From a virus (Duplodnaviria > Caudoviricetes): a stretch of DNA of 59,692 nt. Position numbers and translations under genes: made by a program. The stretch spans positions 1-59,692 of the IMG/VR virus record IMGVR_UViG_3300042453_002905; one strand, 5' to 3'. Shown piece after piece: positions 1 to 8,575 of this stretch; positions within the stretch are counted from its first letter, which is position 1, and every line of letters begins with the position of its first letter. The notes below the pieces were generated by a model that saw only the letters and a program-made list of their open reading frames with translations, had not been told where the DNA came from and made no database searches.

Positions 1-127
1 GCGTTCGATTGGATGCCAGACCGGGCCGGCGTGCTTCGTGACTGGCACCGTGACGGCCTTGAATCGATACGGCGGCCGGTCAGGCGTCAACGTGGCGACG
101 GTGGCGTGGGATGACCCCAACGAGGGA
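1..127. repeat. Terminal direct repeat, copy 1 (assembly circularisation overlap)
   Basis: Identical to 59566-59692. 127 nt is a typical assembler k-mer overlap, and an ORF reads across the join. Confidence 0.95.
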
Positions 128-190
128 ACGGCCGTAAACGTGGCGAACCTCGTTCGCGTTGATGATATGCATCTTGAATCTGTTTTGTGA
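2..190 (+). CDS. Hypothetical protein, 3' part of the join-spanning ORF (...VNVANLVRVDDMHLESVL)
   Basis: Frame continuous with the ATG at 59513; TGA at 188-190. Confidence 0.8.
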   Translation, partial: RSIGCQTGPACFVTGTVTALNRYGGRSGVNVATVAWDDPNEGTAVNVANLVRVDDMHLESVL

Positions 191-271
191 TGATTGGCGA
201 CTGGACAGCACAACCGGCCGGGCGCGTTGCCCGACCGGCGAAACGATAACCCCGTAGAAGGAAACCCGACG

Positions 272-790
272 ATGAAAACGATGCTTGAAACCCTGGAGCC
301 GTACAGCGACGAGTACCGGGACGCGACGATTCACGGGAGGCGAATCGCGATTCCACTGGCCGACTCAATGACACGCGGCGACGACTTGGCCGAAATGGCA
401 CGCGAATGGATGACGACGAACGGCGTGAAAATGACCGCCAGCTTCGACAGTCACGGCAAGATGTTCTTCGATGACAAGAACTGCCGCGACATATGGAAGG
501 TGACCGTTCATCGCGGTCGGCGGTCATTCACCATCCGATTCGGTCAGTCGATTGTCGATTCTGACAACGGCATACCGCCGTGCGTGACCGACGTGCTTTC
601 CTGCCTGCCCAAGACCGAGCCGGAGAGCCTGGAGGACTTCATCGACTCCTACGGATCGTGCGACCCCGGGAGCATGACCGCGAAGGAGCGAGACTCACTG
701 CGGGCGTCGTGGCGAGAACTGCGGCGGCAATGGAGAGCGATGGAGCGTGTTCTGGCCGGCTGCGATCTCGACGGCCTGGAATTGTTTTGA
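272..790 (+). CDS. Hypothetical early-island protein
   Basis: AAGGAAAC RBS before MKTMLETLEP; preceded by the conserved leader cassette. Confidence 0.8.
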   Translation: MKTMLETLEPYSDEYRDATIHGRRIAIPLADSMTRGDDLAEMAREWMTTNGVKMTASFDSHGKMFFDDKNCRDIWKVTVHRGRRSFTIRFGQSIVDSDNGIPPCVTDVLSCLPKTEPESLEDFIDSYGSCDPGSMTAKERDSLRASWRELRRQWRAMERVLAGCDLDGLELF

Positions 791-901
791 CGTTGACCCC
801 CGGCACCCGCCCCGACTCGTGGAAACGCGACCGGGGCGGCTCCGGCGGCCACCGTGGCCCCGAACGTGGAAACGAGTAGACCCCGAAAGAGGAAACGAGA
901 A

Positions 902-1264
902 ATGAGCTACATGAAAAACGCGATCATTGAGATGGCCGAGGCGGGCGCGATTATGGCCGATCCGGCCGAGGTTGTGGCCTGGAGGAATGAGGGGCATGAC
1001 GTGCCCCTGCGATGGGTCGAGATCGACACCTACCGTGGCCGGCAGCCGATGCCGGCGATCGGCTTGGCGACGGCCGAGCGGCTGTCTCACACGATCGCCG
1101 ATGAGGCGGCCCGCGAGAATCTCCGGCAGGCCGTGGCCGACGCCACCGAATATCTCGATCTGATCGGCGGCCCCTGCCGCTGCGACGATTGCGGCTGCCG
1201 TGGGCAGTGGCACTTTTTCGTGAAGAGCCTGGGCGGCGAAACACTGTGCATCAATTGTGCGTGA
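902..1264 (+). CDS. Hypothetical protein with C-terminal CxxC...CxxC zinc ribbon
   Basis: GAGGAAAC RBS; CDDC and CINC motifs. Confidence 0.75.
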   Translation: MSYMKNAIIEMAEAGAIMADPAEVVAWRNEGHDVPLRWVEIDTYRGRQPMPAIGLATAERLSHTIADEAARENLRQAVADATEYLDLIGGPCRCDDCGCRGQWHFFVKSLGGETLCINCA

Positions 1265-1360
1265 CAACCCCGCCCCGGCGCGTTGCCGGGCCGGCGAAAC
1301 GATGAGAGGATGATTTCACCAGACCCCCGGACGGGGGAAAAGATACGAAAGGGAACAACG

Positions 1361-1597
1361 ATGCGACTTTTTGACAACGATGCGACGGCGAGCCTGACAG
1401 ACCGCGAACGGTCGCTGCTGGAGATGCTGGGGCGGTGCGAGCATTACCTGACCCAGCTTGTTCACTCCCGATTCATCGCCGGAAACGATCCGGCGTCGGC
1501 CGACATGCGTCAGCAGGCCGCGGGTCTTCAGAGGGCGGCCTTCAGCCTGATCGATAGCGACGACGCCACGCGGCGCGCCATGTACGCGGACGGCTGA
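1361..1597 (+). CDS. Hypothetical protein
   Basis: AAGGGAAC RBS; fills the gap between motif-bearing intergenic regions. Confidence 0.7.
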   Translation: MRLFDNDATASLTDRERSLLEMLGRCEHYLTQLVHSRFIAGNDPASADMRQQAAGLQRAAFSLIDSDDATRRAMYADG

Positions 1598-1701
1598 TCA
1601 CGACCCGCCCTGGTTTCCCCGGCCGGCGAAACGCTGACGGGGGCGACGGGCGGGCCGACGCGGCCCCGATCGTGGAAACCTGAAACCCTAGATGAGAGGA
1701 A

Positions 1702-2592
1702 ATGACTATGACTACCAAGACCCGATACCCAGTGGCCCGAAACTGCAAGTTCTCCACTCGTGAGGATGACCGCGGCAGGCTTGTCTGGAGGGCGATTGAG
1801 TGGGCCGATGCGGGCAAGTTCGATGCGAACGACCGCGACGAGGCGGCCGTGCTTGACGCCCTCGACGAACTGGAGGAGACGCTGGCCGAAAGTGCGGAGC
1901 AGGCTGGCCCAGACAATCCAGACGCCTGCGAGGCGTGCCATGCCGCCGAGGAGGCCGTGGCAGCCCGGCTCGTGGAAACGCGAGCCTGGTTCCTCGACGC
2001 CTTCAACGGGTCGCGGCTCGACGATCCCGATACGGTCGCCGCGCTGGAGAGGGTCGATTGGACTGATTACTACCCCGTGATCGACGGTGACCTGCGGCTC
2101 ACTGGCGAGTGGGTCTACGCAGACCAGGAGAATGCGGAAATGCTCAGCTACGACAACGAAGCGATGATCTCGCGGGACGACGCCGAGGCGGCCGGATGGA
2201 AGATCGACAGCGACGAGAGGACGGCCGAGCCGACGAAGCCAGTGATCGTCGAGTTTGCGGTAGCCACCGAGACGATCCGCGATCGTGGAGGCATCGACGA
2301 GTTCGCCGGGCTTGAGCACCCATACATGACCGAAGCCTGCGAAGCCTACCGGGCGGCGGCGGCGGAAGCCTTGGAGGACGATCACCGCGCTCGCCGGCTT
2401 GTGGTCGAACGCCCACAGGGGCAGCGGATTCTCCATTCAGCGTGGGCGGGCACCTACTGGAAGTATTCAAGCGGTGCAATCGGCACGATGGGCGACCTGA
2501 CCGATGACGAGAAGGCAGCCGTGTCGGCGGCCGACGATGCCGGCCGCGAGGCGGCGAGGAAGCTGATCGAGGAGGCCGACGCGGCTGAATGA
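1702..2592 (+). CDS. Highly acidic hypothetical protein (start 1702 or 1708)
   Basis: GAGAGGA RBS; 296 aa, visibly D/E-rich. Confidence 0.8.
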   Translation: MTMTTKTRYPVARNCKFSTREDDRGRLVWRAIEWADAGKFDANDRDEAAVLDALDELEETLAESAEQAGPDNPDACEACHAAEEAVAARLVETRAWFLDAFNGSRLDDPDTVAALERVDWTDYYPVIDGDLRLTGEWVYADQENAEMLSYDNEAMISRDDAEAAGWKIDSDERTAEPTKPVIVEFAVATETIRDRGGIDEFAGLEHPYMTEACEAYRAAAAEALEDDHRARRLVVERPQGQRILHSAWAGTYWKYSSGAIGTMGDLTDDEKAAVSAADDAGREAARKLIEEADAAE

Positions 2593-2664
2593 CCCCCTGA
2601 CCGTGGAAACGAGTGTTCGATAAACCCCTGCCGCCCAGAGCGGCGAAAACCGAGGAGAGGAACG

Positions 2665-3060
2665 ATGAAGATGAGCAAGAAAAAGCGAGCGGTCGCCGAC
2701 CGTATCAACGAGGCGACCAAATACTGCCGGGAGTTCGCCCCCGGCCTGGTGATGGCGAGGGCCACGCTCCTGCCATTCGAGGACGTGATCTACGGCGAGT
2801 CGGCTGGTCCGCAGCCTGCCGCCAAAGATTACGACCCCGACGAGGAGCCGTATTTCACGGTCGACATCGACGACCCCGGCAACCCCGGCGGCGAAACGTG
2901 GGCGAAGGTGACGGCCCACGGCGTGGTGATCTCGTACACGGTCAAAACGCCAGACGGCGAGACGTTCCTGGGCGACGAGATAAAGACCACACTTGACGGC
3001 TTGTGGGATTATCTGCGGCAACTGCCGCGATCGGCCGGCGGGTACTTTCGGAACAGGTGA
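2665..3060 (+). CDS. Hypothetical protein, acidic core
   Basis: GAGGAGAGGA RBS. Confidence 0.75.
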   Translation: MKMSKKKRAVADRINEATKYCREFAPGLVMARATLLPFEDVIYGESAGPQPAAKDYDPDEEPYFTVDIDDPGNPGGETWAKVTAHGVVISYTVKTPDGETFLGDEIKTTLDGLWDYLRQLPRSAGGYFRNR

Positions 3061-3132
3061 ACCCCATCGCCCCGGCGGCCCGCCGCCACCCCGGTGCGAC
3101 GAAACCCCGTGCGGCGAAATGAGAGGTGATTT

Positions 3133-3489
3133 ATGACAGCGAAACCAAAGGATGCGTATTCGATTGTGTTCACGCAGAAACGCACGATGGCGACCTGCCT
3201 GGCGTCATCCGTTGCAGACGGCGGAAACACTTACTACCTCAAGGCGAAGGGCGACCGATCCGCCGGCCACGTCGGCTATGCAATCATCGACAAGCCTGGT
3301 GAGGTGAAGGTATTCACGGCGAGTTGGAAACTCGTCGGCGTTGCGGCCACGCGGGCTGCGGCGGCCGAAATGATTGACTCGTATCACCGTAAGCACAACC
3401 GCGACCGCTACTGGTTGTGGCTCGACAAGCCATTTTGGTGCGGCGGAAAGCTGGCCCGGCCGGCGAAACGGAAGGGGGCGAAGAAATGA
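3133..3489 (+). CDS. Hypothetical protein
   Basis: GAGAGGTG RBS; ATGA overlap with the next gene. Confidence 0.75.
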   Translation: MTAKPKDAYSIVFTQKRTMATCLASSVADGGNTYYLKAKGDRSAGHVGYAIIDKPGEVKVFTASWKLVGVAATRAAAAEMIDSYHRKHNRDRYWLWLDKPFWCGGKLARPAKRKGAKK

Positions 3490-3680
3490 CGAATCGCATC
3501 ACCCCCTACGAAGCCGGCTGGCTCTCGATGCTGGTCGCCCGCGGACTGGCGACCGAGGCCGAGGCCCGCGAGGCCCAGCACCGGGTTGCCCGAGCCGCCA
3601 TCGACGAGATGGAGGCCCGCCGTGCGGCGAAACGGGAACTGAAAAAGAGGCTCAAGGGGCGTCGTCCGAAGGACGATTGA
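3486..3680 (+). CDS. Hypothetical protein
   Basis: ATGA translational coupling with the upstream gene. Confidence 0.65.
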   Translation: MTNRITPYEAGWLSMLVARGLATEAEAREAQHRVARAAIDEMEARRAAKRELKKRLKGRRPKDD

Positions 3681-3706
3681 CTACTGGCCGATAGTTTGCA
3701 TAGGCT
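3677..3706 (+). promoter_or_regulatory. Possible sigma70-type promoter TTGACT-N18-TAGGCT
   Basis: Near-consensus boxes. The spacer shares CTGGCCGA with the promoter at 58049. Confidence 0.35.
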
Positions 3707-3732
3707 TCACGCCGTCACAAGGAACCCCGATC

Positions 3733-4065
3733 GTGAAAACCCGAGAAGAACAGGAATACCGATTGTCGCCGCGGGTGACGCTGCGGGCCGGCGACACGAT
3801 CGCCGTGAGCCGTGGGCCGTACTGGCGGGCGGCCGGCGGCGAGAAGCTGCCGATGGCGGCGCGGGGGAAGTTCAGATTCCTCCACGCTCTCCACCGAGGG
3901 CGGCTCGTGTTGCTCGTGGCGGTTGGGAAACAGGGAGTCGCCATCCTTCACGTCGAGGGGCGGCGGCGAAACAAGTTGATACCGGAATTGGTTTGCCGTC
4001 CATATCGGGTGCGGAGAGTCGGCGGCGTTCGCCGGCCCCGTGCGAAGAAACGGCAGGAGGTCTGA
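3733..4065 (+). CDS. Basic hypothetical protein
   Basis: 110-aa ORF tiling the island. Confidence 0.65.
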   Translation: MKTREEQEYRLSPRVTLRAGDTIAVSRGPYWRAAGGEKLPMAARGKFRFLHALHRGRLVLLVAVGKQGVAILHVEGRRRNKLIPELVCRPYRVRRVGGVRRPRAKKRQEV

Positions 4066-4068
4066 GTT

Positions 4069-4374
4069 ATGGAAGATGGAACGACTGTGTACCTGGGGTC
4101 GGCGTATTTCTCGCCGACGAACGGCGATCTGGTGCATCACATTCAGCAGGTGAAGCGGTTCATCGGGCCGGGCGGGGCCGTGCTCTACGAACGCGAGGAC
4201 GGCAGCCGCGACCGGCAGTGGGGTTTCACCCATGAGTTTCCGGCGCTCGCCGAGGCCGAGGCGTGGTGCGCCGATGAACTGGAAAGGCTCATCGCCCCGA
4301 CCGTGGAAACGATTCGCACGCTCCGCGAGCAGGCCGCCGCCCGCGTTGCCTCCGAGGAGGTGGTGTCTGTATGA
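4069..4374 (+). CDS. Hypothetical protein
   Basis: CAGGAGG RBS. Confidence 0.75.
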   Translation: MEDGTTVYLGSAYFSPTNGDLVHHIQQVKRFIGPGGAVLYEREDGSRDRQWGFTHEFPALAEAEAWCADELERLIAPTVETIRTLREQAAARVASEEVVSV

Positions 4375-4655
4375 TTGTCATCGTTCGCGACACATGGCGT
4401 GCGGTGCTCGTGATCGTTGTAGTCACAGTGCTTCGGGGTCTGCCGGCCGAAAGGCCGGCGGCCCCGACCGTGGCAACGACGATGCCGCCGTCCCGGCAGA
4501 TGCCGTGGCAGCCGCCACCGCCGCCACCGCCGCCCCAGCCCCAGCCCCAGCAGATTGTCATTCACCAGCAACCCCAGCCCCCAGAGAGGCCGCTGCGGCG
4601 TGTAGCCGCGGCCCTCACAGAAGTCGGCGACAGCGTGATAGGAGTTTTCCGATGA
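4371..4655 (+). CDS. Membrane-anchored Pro/Gln-rich protein
   Basis: Hydrophobic N-terminus and poly-Pro tract; ATGA overlaps at both ends. Confidence 0.6.
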   Translation: MIVIVRDTWRAVLVIVVVTVLRGLPAERPAAPTVATTMPPSRQMPWQPPPPPPPPQPQPQQIVIHQQPQPPERPLRRVAAALTEVGDSVIGVFR

Positions 4656-4945
4656 AGATCGATCCTAGCGAGTTCCTGACGGCCGAGCAGGCCGCCCCAG
4701 AGATTGGCGCTCCGAATAAGAGGGCACTCTACCGGGCGATGAAGCGGGCGAGGGAGGCCGGCGAAACGGTAACCGTCGAGCTATTCGGCCGGTCGCTGAT
4801 CCCGAGGTCGAAACTCGCGGTGCTGAAACGGTATTACTACCCCTACTACTCTGACGCCCACCAGGCGATGGTGAAAGAGTGGGGCCGCCGGGGTGGCACG
4901 CAGAAGGGGAAGAACGCAGCCCGAGCGGCGAAACGAGCCACCTAG
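4652..4945 (+). CDS. Excisionase/MerR-like HTH DNA-binding protein with a KGG-like tail
   Basis: FLTAEQAAPEIG...ALYRAM helix pattern; WGRRGG tail; AGGAG RBS. Confidence 0.6.
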   Translation: MKIDPSEFLTAEQAAPEIGAPNKRALYRAMKRAREAGETVTVELFGRSLIPRSKLAVLKRYYYPYYSDAHQAMVKEWGRRGGTQKGKNAARAAKRAT

Positions 4946-5229
4946 CGGTTCTCGTGAGCCGTCTTCCGCGAGTGGCACTCGTGGTGCAGTAGTTGGAGAT
5001 TTTCGAGGCGGTCGGTGCCGCCTTGAGACTTCGGGACGACGTGATCGATATGGGGCTGCCCCGTTACGATCCTGCCACACGCTCGACACACACCCCCGTC
5101 CCTGGCAATGACTTGCTTCCGCAGTCGCCGCCACGCTGCCGAGCAGTAGCCACGGGCCGCGGCGGTCGGGCGGTTCTCTGGCGGGCGAACTTGCGATCTA
5201 GGACGAAACGTCGGGATTCTGCGAGGCAT
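4942..5229 (-). CDS. HNH endonuclease, HK97 gp74-like terminase partner
   Basis: RPTAAARGY...WRRLR...RD..CRAC...HIDHVVP...GG...NLQLLHHECHSRKT. Confidence 0.9.
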   Translation of the reverse strand: MPRRIPTFRPRSQVRPPENRPTAAARGYCSAAWRRLRKQVIARDGGVCRACGRIVTGQPHIDHVVPKSQGGTDRLENLQLLHHECHSRKTAHENR

Positions 5230-5557
5230 TGGCCCACCCTGCCATGAGGACACGGTGAGAGCCACGCTCCCACCACCATTCAAGCACGAGGCGAACGAGA
5301 TAGTTCGCCAGGACGCTGATCAGAAAACTGGCGAGCACGCCGGAGTAGCGTTCGCGGATGCGAACAGCCACCCGAGCGTGAACAACGTCGGGAATATGCT
5401 CCAGCGGGCAGTCGGTCGGCCACTCCTCGACGATCATTTCGACGATGCGATCACGCAGCCCCCCGTGGATCGCAAAGCGAACGCCAGCGCGTCTCGATAC
5501 GAACGATTTCAGGGGACGATACTTCGCGTCGGCCACTGGCAAGTGCCGTTCGGGCAT
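5198..5557 (-). CDS. Hypothetical protein, possible transmembrane segment (start uncertain)
   Basis: Tiles the operon; hydrophobic VLASFLISVLANYLV. Confidence 0.6.
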   Translation of the reverse strand: MPERHLPVADAKYRPLKSFVSRRAGVRFAIHGGLRDRIVEMIVEEWPTDCPLEHIPDVVHARVAVRIRERYSGVLASFLISVLANYLVRLVLEWWWERGSHRVLMAGWANASQNPDVSS

Positions 5558-5862
5558 GGGGCGACGCTCGCTTTCTTGATGGGGGCGGCGGGCTTCTTTG
5601 GCTTTCCAGTGCCATCGCACACAGGGCACTCCACGCTGACTCGTCCATCCGACACGCGGCCGACTCCGTTGCAGTTGGCGCACTTGTCGCCAGGCTGCGG
5701 CGCAGGCGTCGGGCCGGCGTCGGCCGACATCAGCGCATACGCCCCGGCAGCCGCAATCATCGGCTGAAGGTCTTGACGCTGAGTGACCTGAACGCACGAC
5801 ATCGGTGCCACGAGGGCAGCCAGCATGATTGTTGATCCGATGCTGTCGACGATCGCTTTCAT
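5509..5862 (-). CDS. Exported or lipoprotein-like protein with DnaJ-type CxxCxGxG zinc finger
   Basis: Signal-like N-terminus ending in C; CANCNGVG and CPVCDGTG motifs. Confidence 0.7.
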   Translation of the reverse strand: MKAIVDSIGSTIMLAALVAPMSCVQVTQRQDLQPMIAAAGAYALMSADAGPTPAPQPGDKCANCNGVGRVSDGRVSVECPVCDGTGKPKKPAAPIKKASVAPCPNGTCQWPTRSIVP

Positions 5863-6857
5863 ATGCGTCCCTTCGCTCCGTAGTCGGGAAGTTTTCTCGC
5901 CGGCCAGCCCGCAACGCTCGACAAGGCAATGCACGAGCATTTGTCGATGGTCGAGGCCAGCGCCCAGAAAGCACCGTGCGGGATATCAATGTTCGTGCCC
6001 ATCACCCGCCGCGGGCCTTTGTTCCAGATCGCCCACGAGTTTTGCCAGCCGACCAGAGCCTGGCCGTACTTGCGGATCGTCTCCGGCCGGTCGTCATACG
6101 AATGAAAAAGTTGGGCGTGGTGCCACACTCCGACCTGGCGACTCACGCCGTCTTCGTTCCGAGTTCGCTCGAATCCCAGAGCACTACAGTTGAAAACGGC
6201 ATAGCCGGCGGCGAGGAAATCTCTCACCTGCTCGCGGCCTTTCACGACCGTGGCCGTGCGGGCGACGTATTGATTCGACTCGTCGAGCCACTTCTGCGAC
6301 GGAGGCTTCGACCCGCCGAGGCGGATCGTGCGTTCGGTGTATCGGGTTAGGTCGATGCCAAGCTCTGGGTATGGCTTGCGAACCAAGAATCCTTGATTGG
6401 TCGCCACCTGGGCAGACTTCGAGCACACCCAGCCGTCGGAATCGTAGCCCCTCCACGCCCAAAGGCTCTCAGGAGCCACGACGCCTTGCGTGATCCCCTC
6501 GGCCGGCAACTCCGGCGGCCCCTCGATGACACCAGTCACCTCGTCGGGCTTGCCGTCATGGATTTCGCAGGCCATCGTCGTGAGCAGACAGTTCGCTGTG
6601 GCTCTGGCGACGCAGTCTCCGGTCAACTGGGTCGGGCCGGGGAACGAGCCAGGGAATACCTTCTCGACGAGTGGGAAGAGCAGCGTCAGCTTGCCGGCCC
6701 CTAGCCCCTCAAAGTCCCACTCAGAGGCCACGGTTCCGCCGTCTGGGTTTCCGCCATGCCGAATGATCGAATCGACGAACTCCTCGTCGGCGCGTAAATC
6801 CTGTCGGCACCCCATGAGGCCGCTGGAATACGCCTCTACGGGGTTGAAGCTACTCAT
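5859..6857 (-). CDS. Papain-like (C1) cysteine peptidase
   Basis: Q..GDC (QLTGDCVA), HA (WHHAQ) and QNSW catalytic motifs. Confidence 0.8.
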   Translation of the reverse strand: MSSFNPVEAYSSGLMGCRQDLRADEEFVDSIIRHGGNPDGGTVASEWDFEGLGAGKLTLLFPLVEKVFPGSFPGPTQLTGDCVARATANCLLTTMACEIHDGKPDEVTGVIEGPPELPAEGITQGVVAPESLWAWRGYDSDGWVCSKSAQVATNQGFLVRKPYPELGIDLTRYTERTIRLGGSKPPSQKWLDESNQYVARTATVVKGREQVRDFLAAGYAVFNCSALGFERTRNEDGVSRQVGVWHHAQLFHSYDDRPETIRKYGQALVGWQNSWAIWNKGPRRVMGTNIDIPHGAFWALASTIDKCSCIALSSVAGWPARKLPDYGAKGRI

Positions 6858-7332
6858 CCCGGTGTATCCCAAACGTCCACGAAAGAACCCCACACGCCGC
6901 CACCAGCTTCGTGCGGAGGTTGGCGTCGAGAGGCTTCACTTCAGCCCCGGCGGCGGCGAAAAAGACGCTGTCGATCGCCTCGGCCAGGCCGGGGTACTTC
7001 CCGACGTTTGCTTTGTCGATCGCCAGCCGCAGCGTGCCGCTATGGAAATTCACGAACTTCGCCGTGTCGGTGAGCACAGGCTGGTCATAGGTGCCATCAC
7101 GCAGCAGGACGAACGCCATCGAGTCATACAGGTTTTCAAGGTAGGCCCGATCCTTCGGCAGCATCGTCGCGACGACCGGCCGGAGGTCTTTCGCCCACAC
7201 GAGCAACTCCTTCGGTGGCCCCTCGCCGTCGATCACATGGTTCTGCGGGGGCCAAGGAATCTGTAGCTCGGCACCCTTCCACGCAAACAGCAGGAGAACC
7301 GCCACGGCGATGTACCTCACGGTCGAGTTCAC
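6850..7332 (-). CDS. Membrane-anchored hypothetical protein
   Basis: N-terminal hydrophobic helix; GTGA overlap. Confidence 0.75.
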   Translation of the reverse strand: MNSTVRYIAVAVLLLFAWKGAELQIPWPPQNHVIDGEGPPKELLVWAKDLRPVVATMLPKDRAYLENLYDSMAFVLLRDGTYDQPVLTDTAKFVNFHSGTLRLAIDKANVGKYPGLAEAIDSVFFAAAGAEVKPLDANLRTKLVAACGVLSWTFGIHRDE

Positions 7333-7595
7333 TTCTTGTCGCTCCCGTCGACCAGAGCAAGCGTCAAGGCGTCAATCGCCTGTCGCTGAGAGTCTTCGAG
7401 GTGGCCGGTCGCCACGATCCTCGTCCGAACCAGGCTCAACGCCTCGATCGCTTCCTTGAATGAAGGCATCGGCGAGGTTGTTGACGAGCCTGTCAGCGAC
7501 GGCCACGAAAAGCCGGCGAGCACTTCGCGAATCTTTGGCGAAGCGGCGATGACGATTGCCAAGATGACCGCCGCGTATTGAACCCATACGCTCAT
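7329..7595 (-). CDS. Small membrane protein (holin-like)
   Basis: N-terminal transmembrane segment; coupled overlaps. Confidence 0.6.
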   Translation of the reverse strand: MSVWVQYAAVILAIVIAASPKIREVLAGFSWPSLTGSSTTSPMPSFKEAIEALSLVRTRIVATGHLEDSQRQAIDALTLALVDGSDKK

Positions 7596-7876
7596 TCCTT
7601 ATCCCCCGTAATCTTTTCGGCAGCCCACTTGAAGAACGCCGCGCCTTCGGGGGTCTTCAGCACGGCCTCAAGGTGAAACAGCGCCTCGTCGTCGAGGGCC
7701 GTCAGGCTCTTCCCCGCGGCCCACTGAAGTGCCTTAACGATGGCGAGAGCCTGGTCATGTGGGGTCTGGGCAGAAGTCACCGCCTGAAGCCTGCCAAGAA
7801 GTGGTGCCCACTCCGCGAGCAGCTTCAACTTCTCAAACAGCGGGAACCCCGCGCCGTAGACTTCTTCATCCGTCAC
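7592..7876 (-). CDS. Hypothetical protein
   Basis: GTG start after an AAGGAGG RBS. Confidence 0.75.
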   Translation of the reverse strand: MTDEEVYGAGFPLFEKLKLLAEWAPLLGRLQAVTSAQTPHDQALAIVKALQWAAGKSLTALDDEALFHLEAVLKTPEGAAFFKWAAEKITGDKE

Positions 7877-8063
7877 GCTGCACCTCCTTGTGCTTTTTTC
7901 CGTAGAAGAACCGCAAATAGTCTTCACTCTCGAACCTGTTTCCGCTCGTCCGGTTGCCCCAGTGGCTTGGTGGCGGCTCAGGCACTTTGTTGAACAACGG
8001 CGGCGTGTCGTCTCCCCCGCGAGCGGGCAGTTCGGACTCCTCGATTCGCTCATTACTCGCCAT
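7866..8063 (-). CDS. Hypothetical protein
   Basis: Tiles the operon. Confidence 0.5.
   Translation of the reverse strand: MASNERIEESELPARGGDDTPPLFNKVPEPPPSHWGNRTSGNRFESEDYLRFFYGKKHKEVQRDG
7880..7893 (-). promoter_or_regulatory. CsrA-type site GCAC-AAGGAG-GTGC over the RBS
   Basis: Matches the ACANGGANGU consensus with an ANGGAN hexaloop. Confidence 0.55.
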
Positions 8064-8283
8064 CGCTATCGCCGTAAACGCTGTATTGCATCAGGTCGAA
8101 ACAGTCATCGAACATCGCTCTCGCGATCTCGCCCGCCTCAGTCCGAGACAGCTTCCCGTCGAACGTCCACAGCTCGTCCTCGACGATCGTCTCGCCTGTC
8201 TTGAACACGAGCCGCGCTTCTTTCTGCGCGACGATCAGACGTACTTCCGCCAGCATAGTTGTCTCGTCGTGTGCTCTTTCCAT
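8053..8283 (-). CDS. Acidic hypothetical protein
   Basis: Starts 1 nt after the upstream stop. Confidence 0.65.
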   Translation of the reverse strand: MERAHDETTMLAEVRLIVAQKEARLVFKTGETIVEDELWTFDGKLSRTEAGEIARAMFDDCFDLMQYSVYGDSDGE

Positions 8284-8284
8284 T

Positions 8285-8575
8285 CTAGTCGATGGGCCTG
8301 CCTCCCAGGCGTGATTCACGCTCGGCCTGAGTCCAGCCGGCGCGAAAGATCGCACACTGCAAACGAATCTCGTCACGCGACGGCAAATACTGCTCAGGCT
8401 CCGGTCGCTCCCCCAGCCCCAGCGAGTCGGCGAATGCTCGCACCTCGGCGGCTGTCATCGCCGTCTCGTCGCACAACTCGTCGAGCGTGCAGTCCGATGC
8501 CCAGAGGCGTCGAAACTGTCGTTTCTTATTCGCGGCGGCCTTGCCTTCGGGAGTGAGTTTCTTCCCTTCAGGCAT
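8285..8575 (-). CDS. Single-HTH protein, paralog of 10378-11067
   Basis: FRRLW...ELC...LGL and PSRDEI...W motifs shared with the 10378 protein. Confidence 0.65.
   Translation of the reverse strand: MPEGKKLTPEGKAAANKKRQFRRLWASDCTLDELCDETAMTAAEVRAFADSLGLGERPEPEQYLPSRDEIRLQCAIFRAGWTQAERESRLGGRPID

Noticed and set aside
1-127. Terminal repeat as a biological DTR
   Set aside because: The length matches a common assembler k-mer, it falls inside a gene, and the P27 terminase plus HNH suggest cos packaging.
800-1700. Hammerhead ribozymes suggested by the many GAAAC sequences
   Set aside because: No CUGANGA core is positioned with the required stems.
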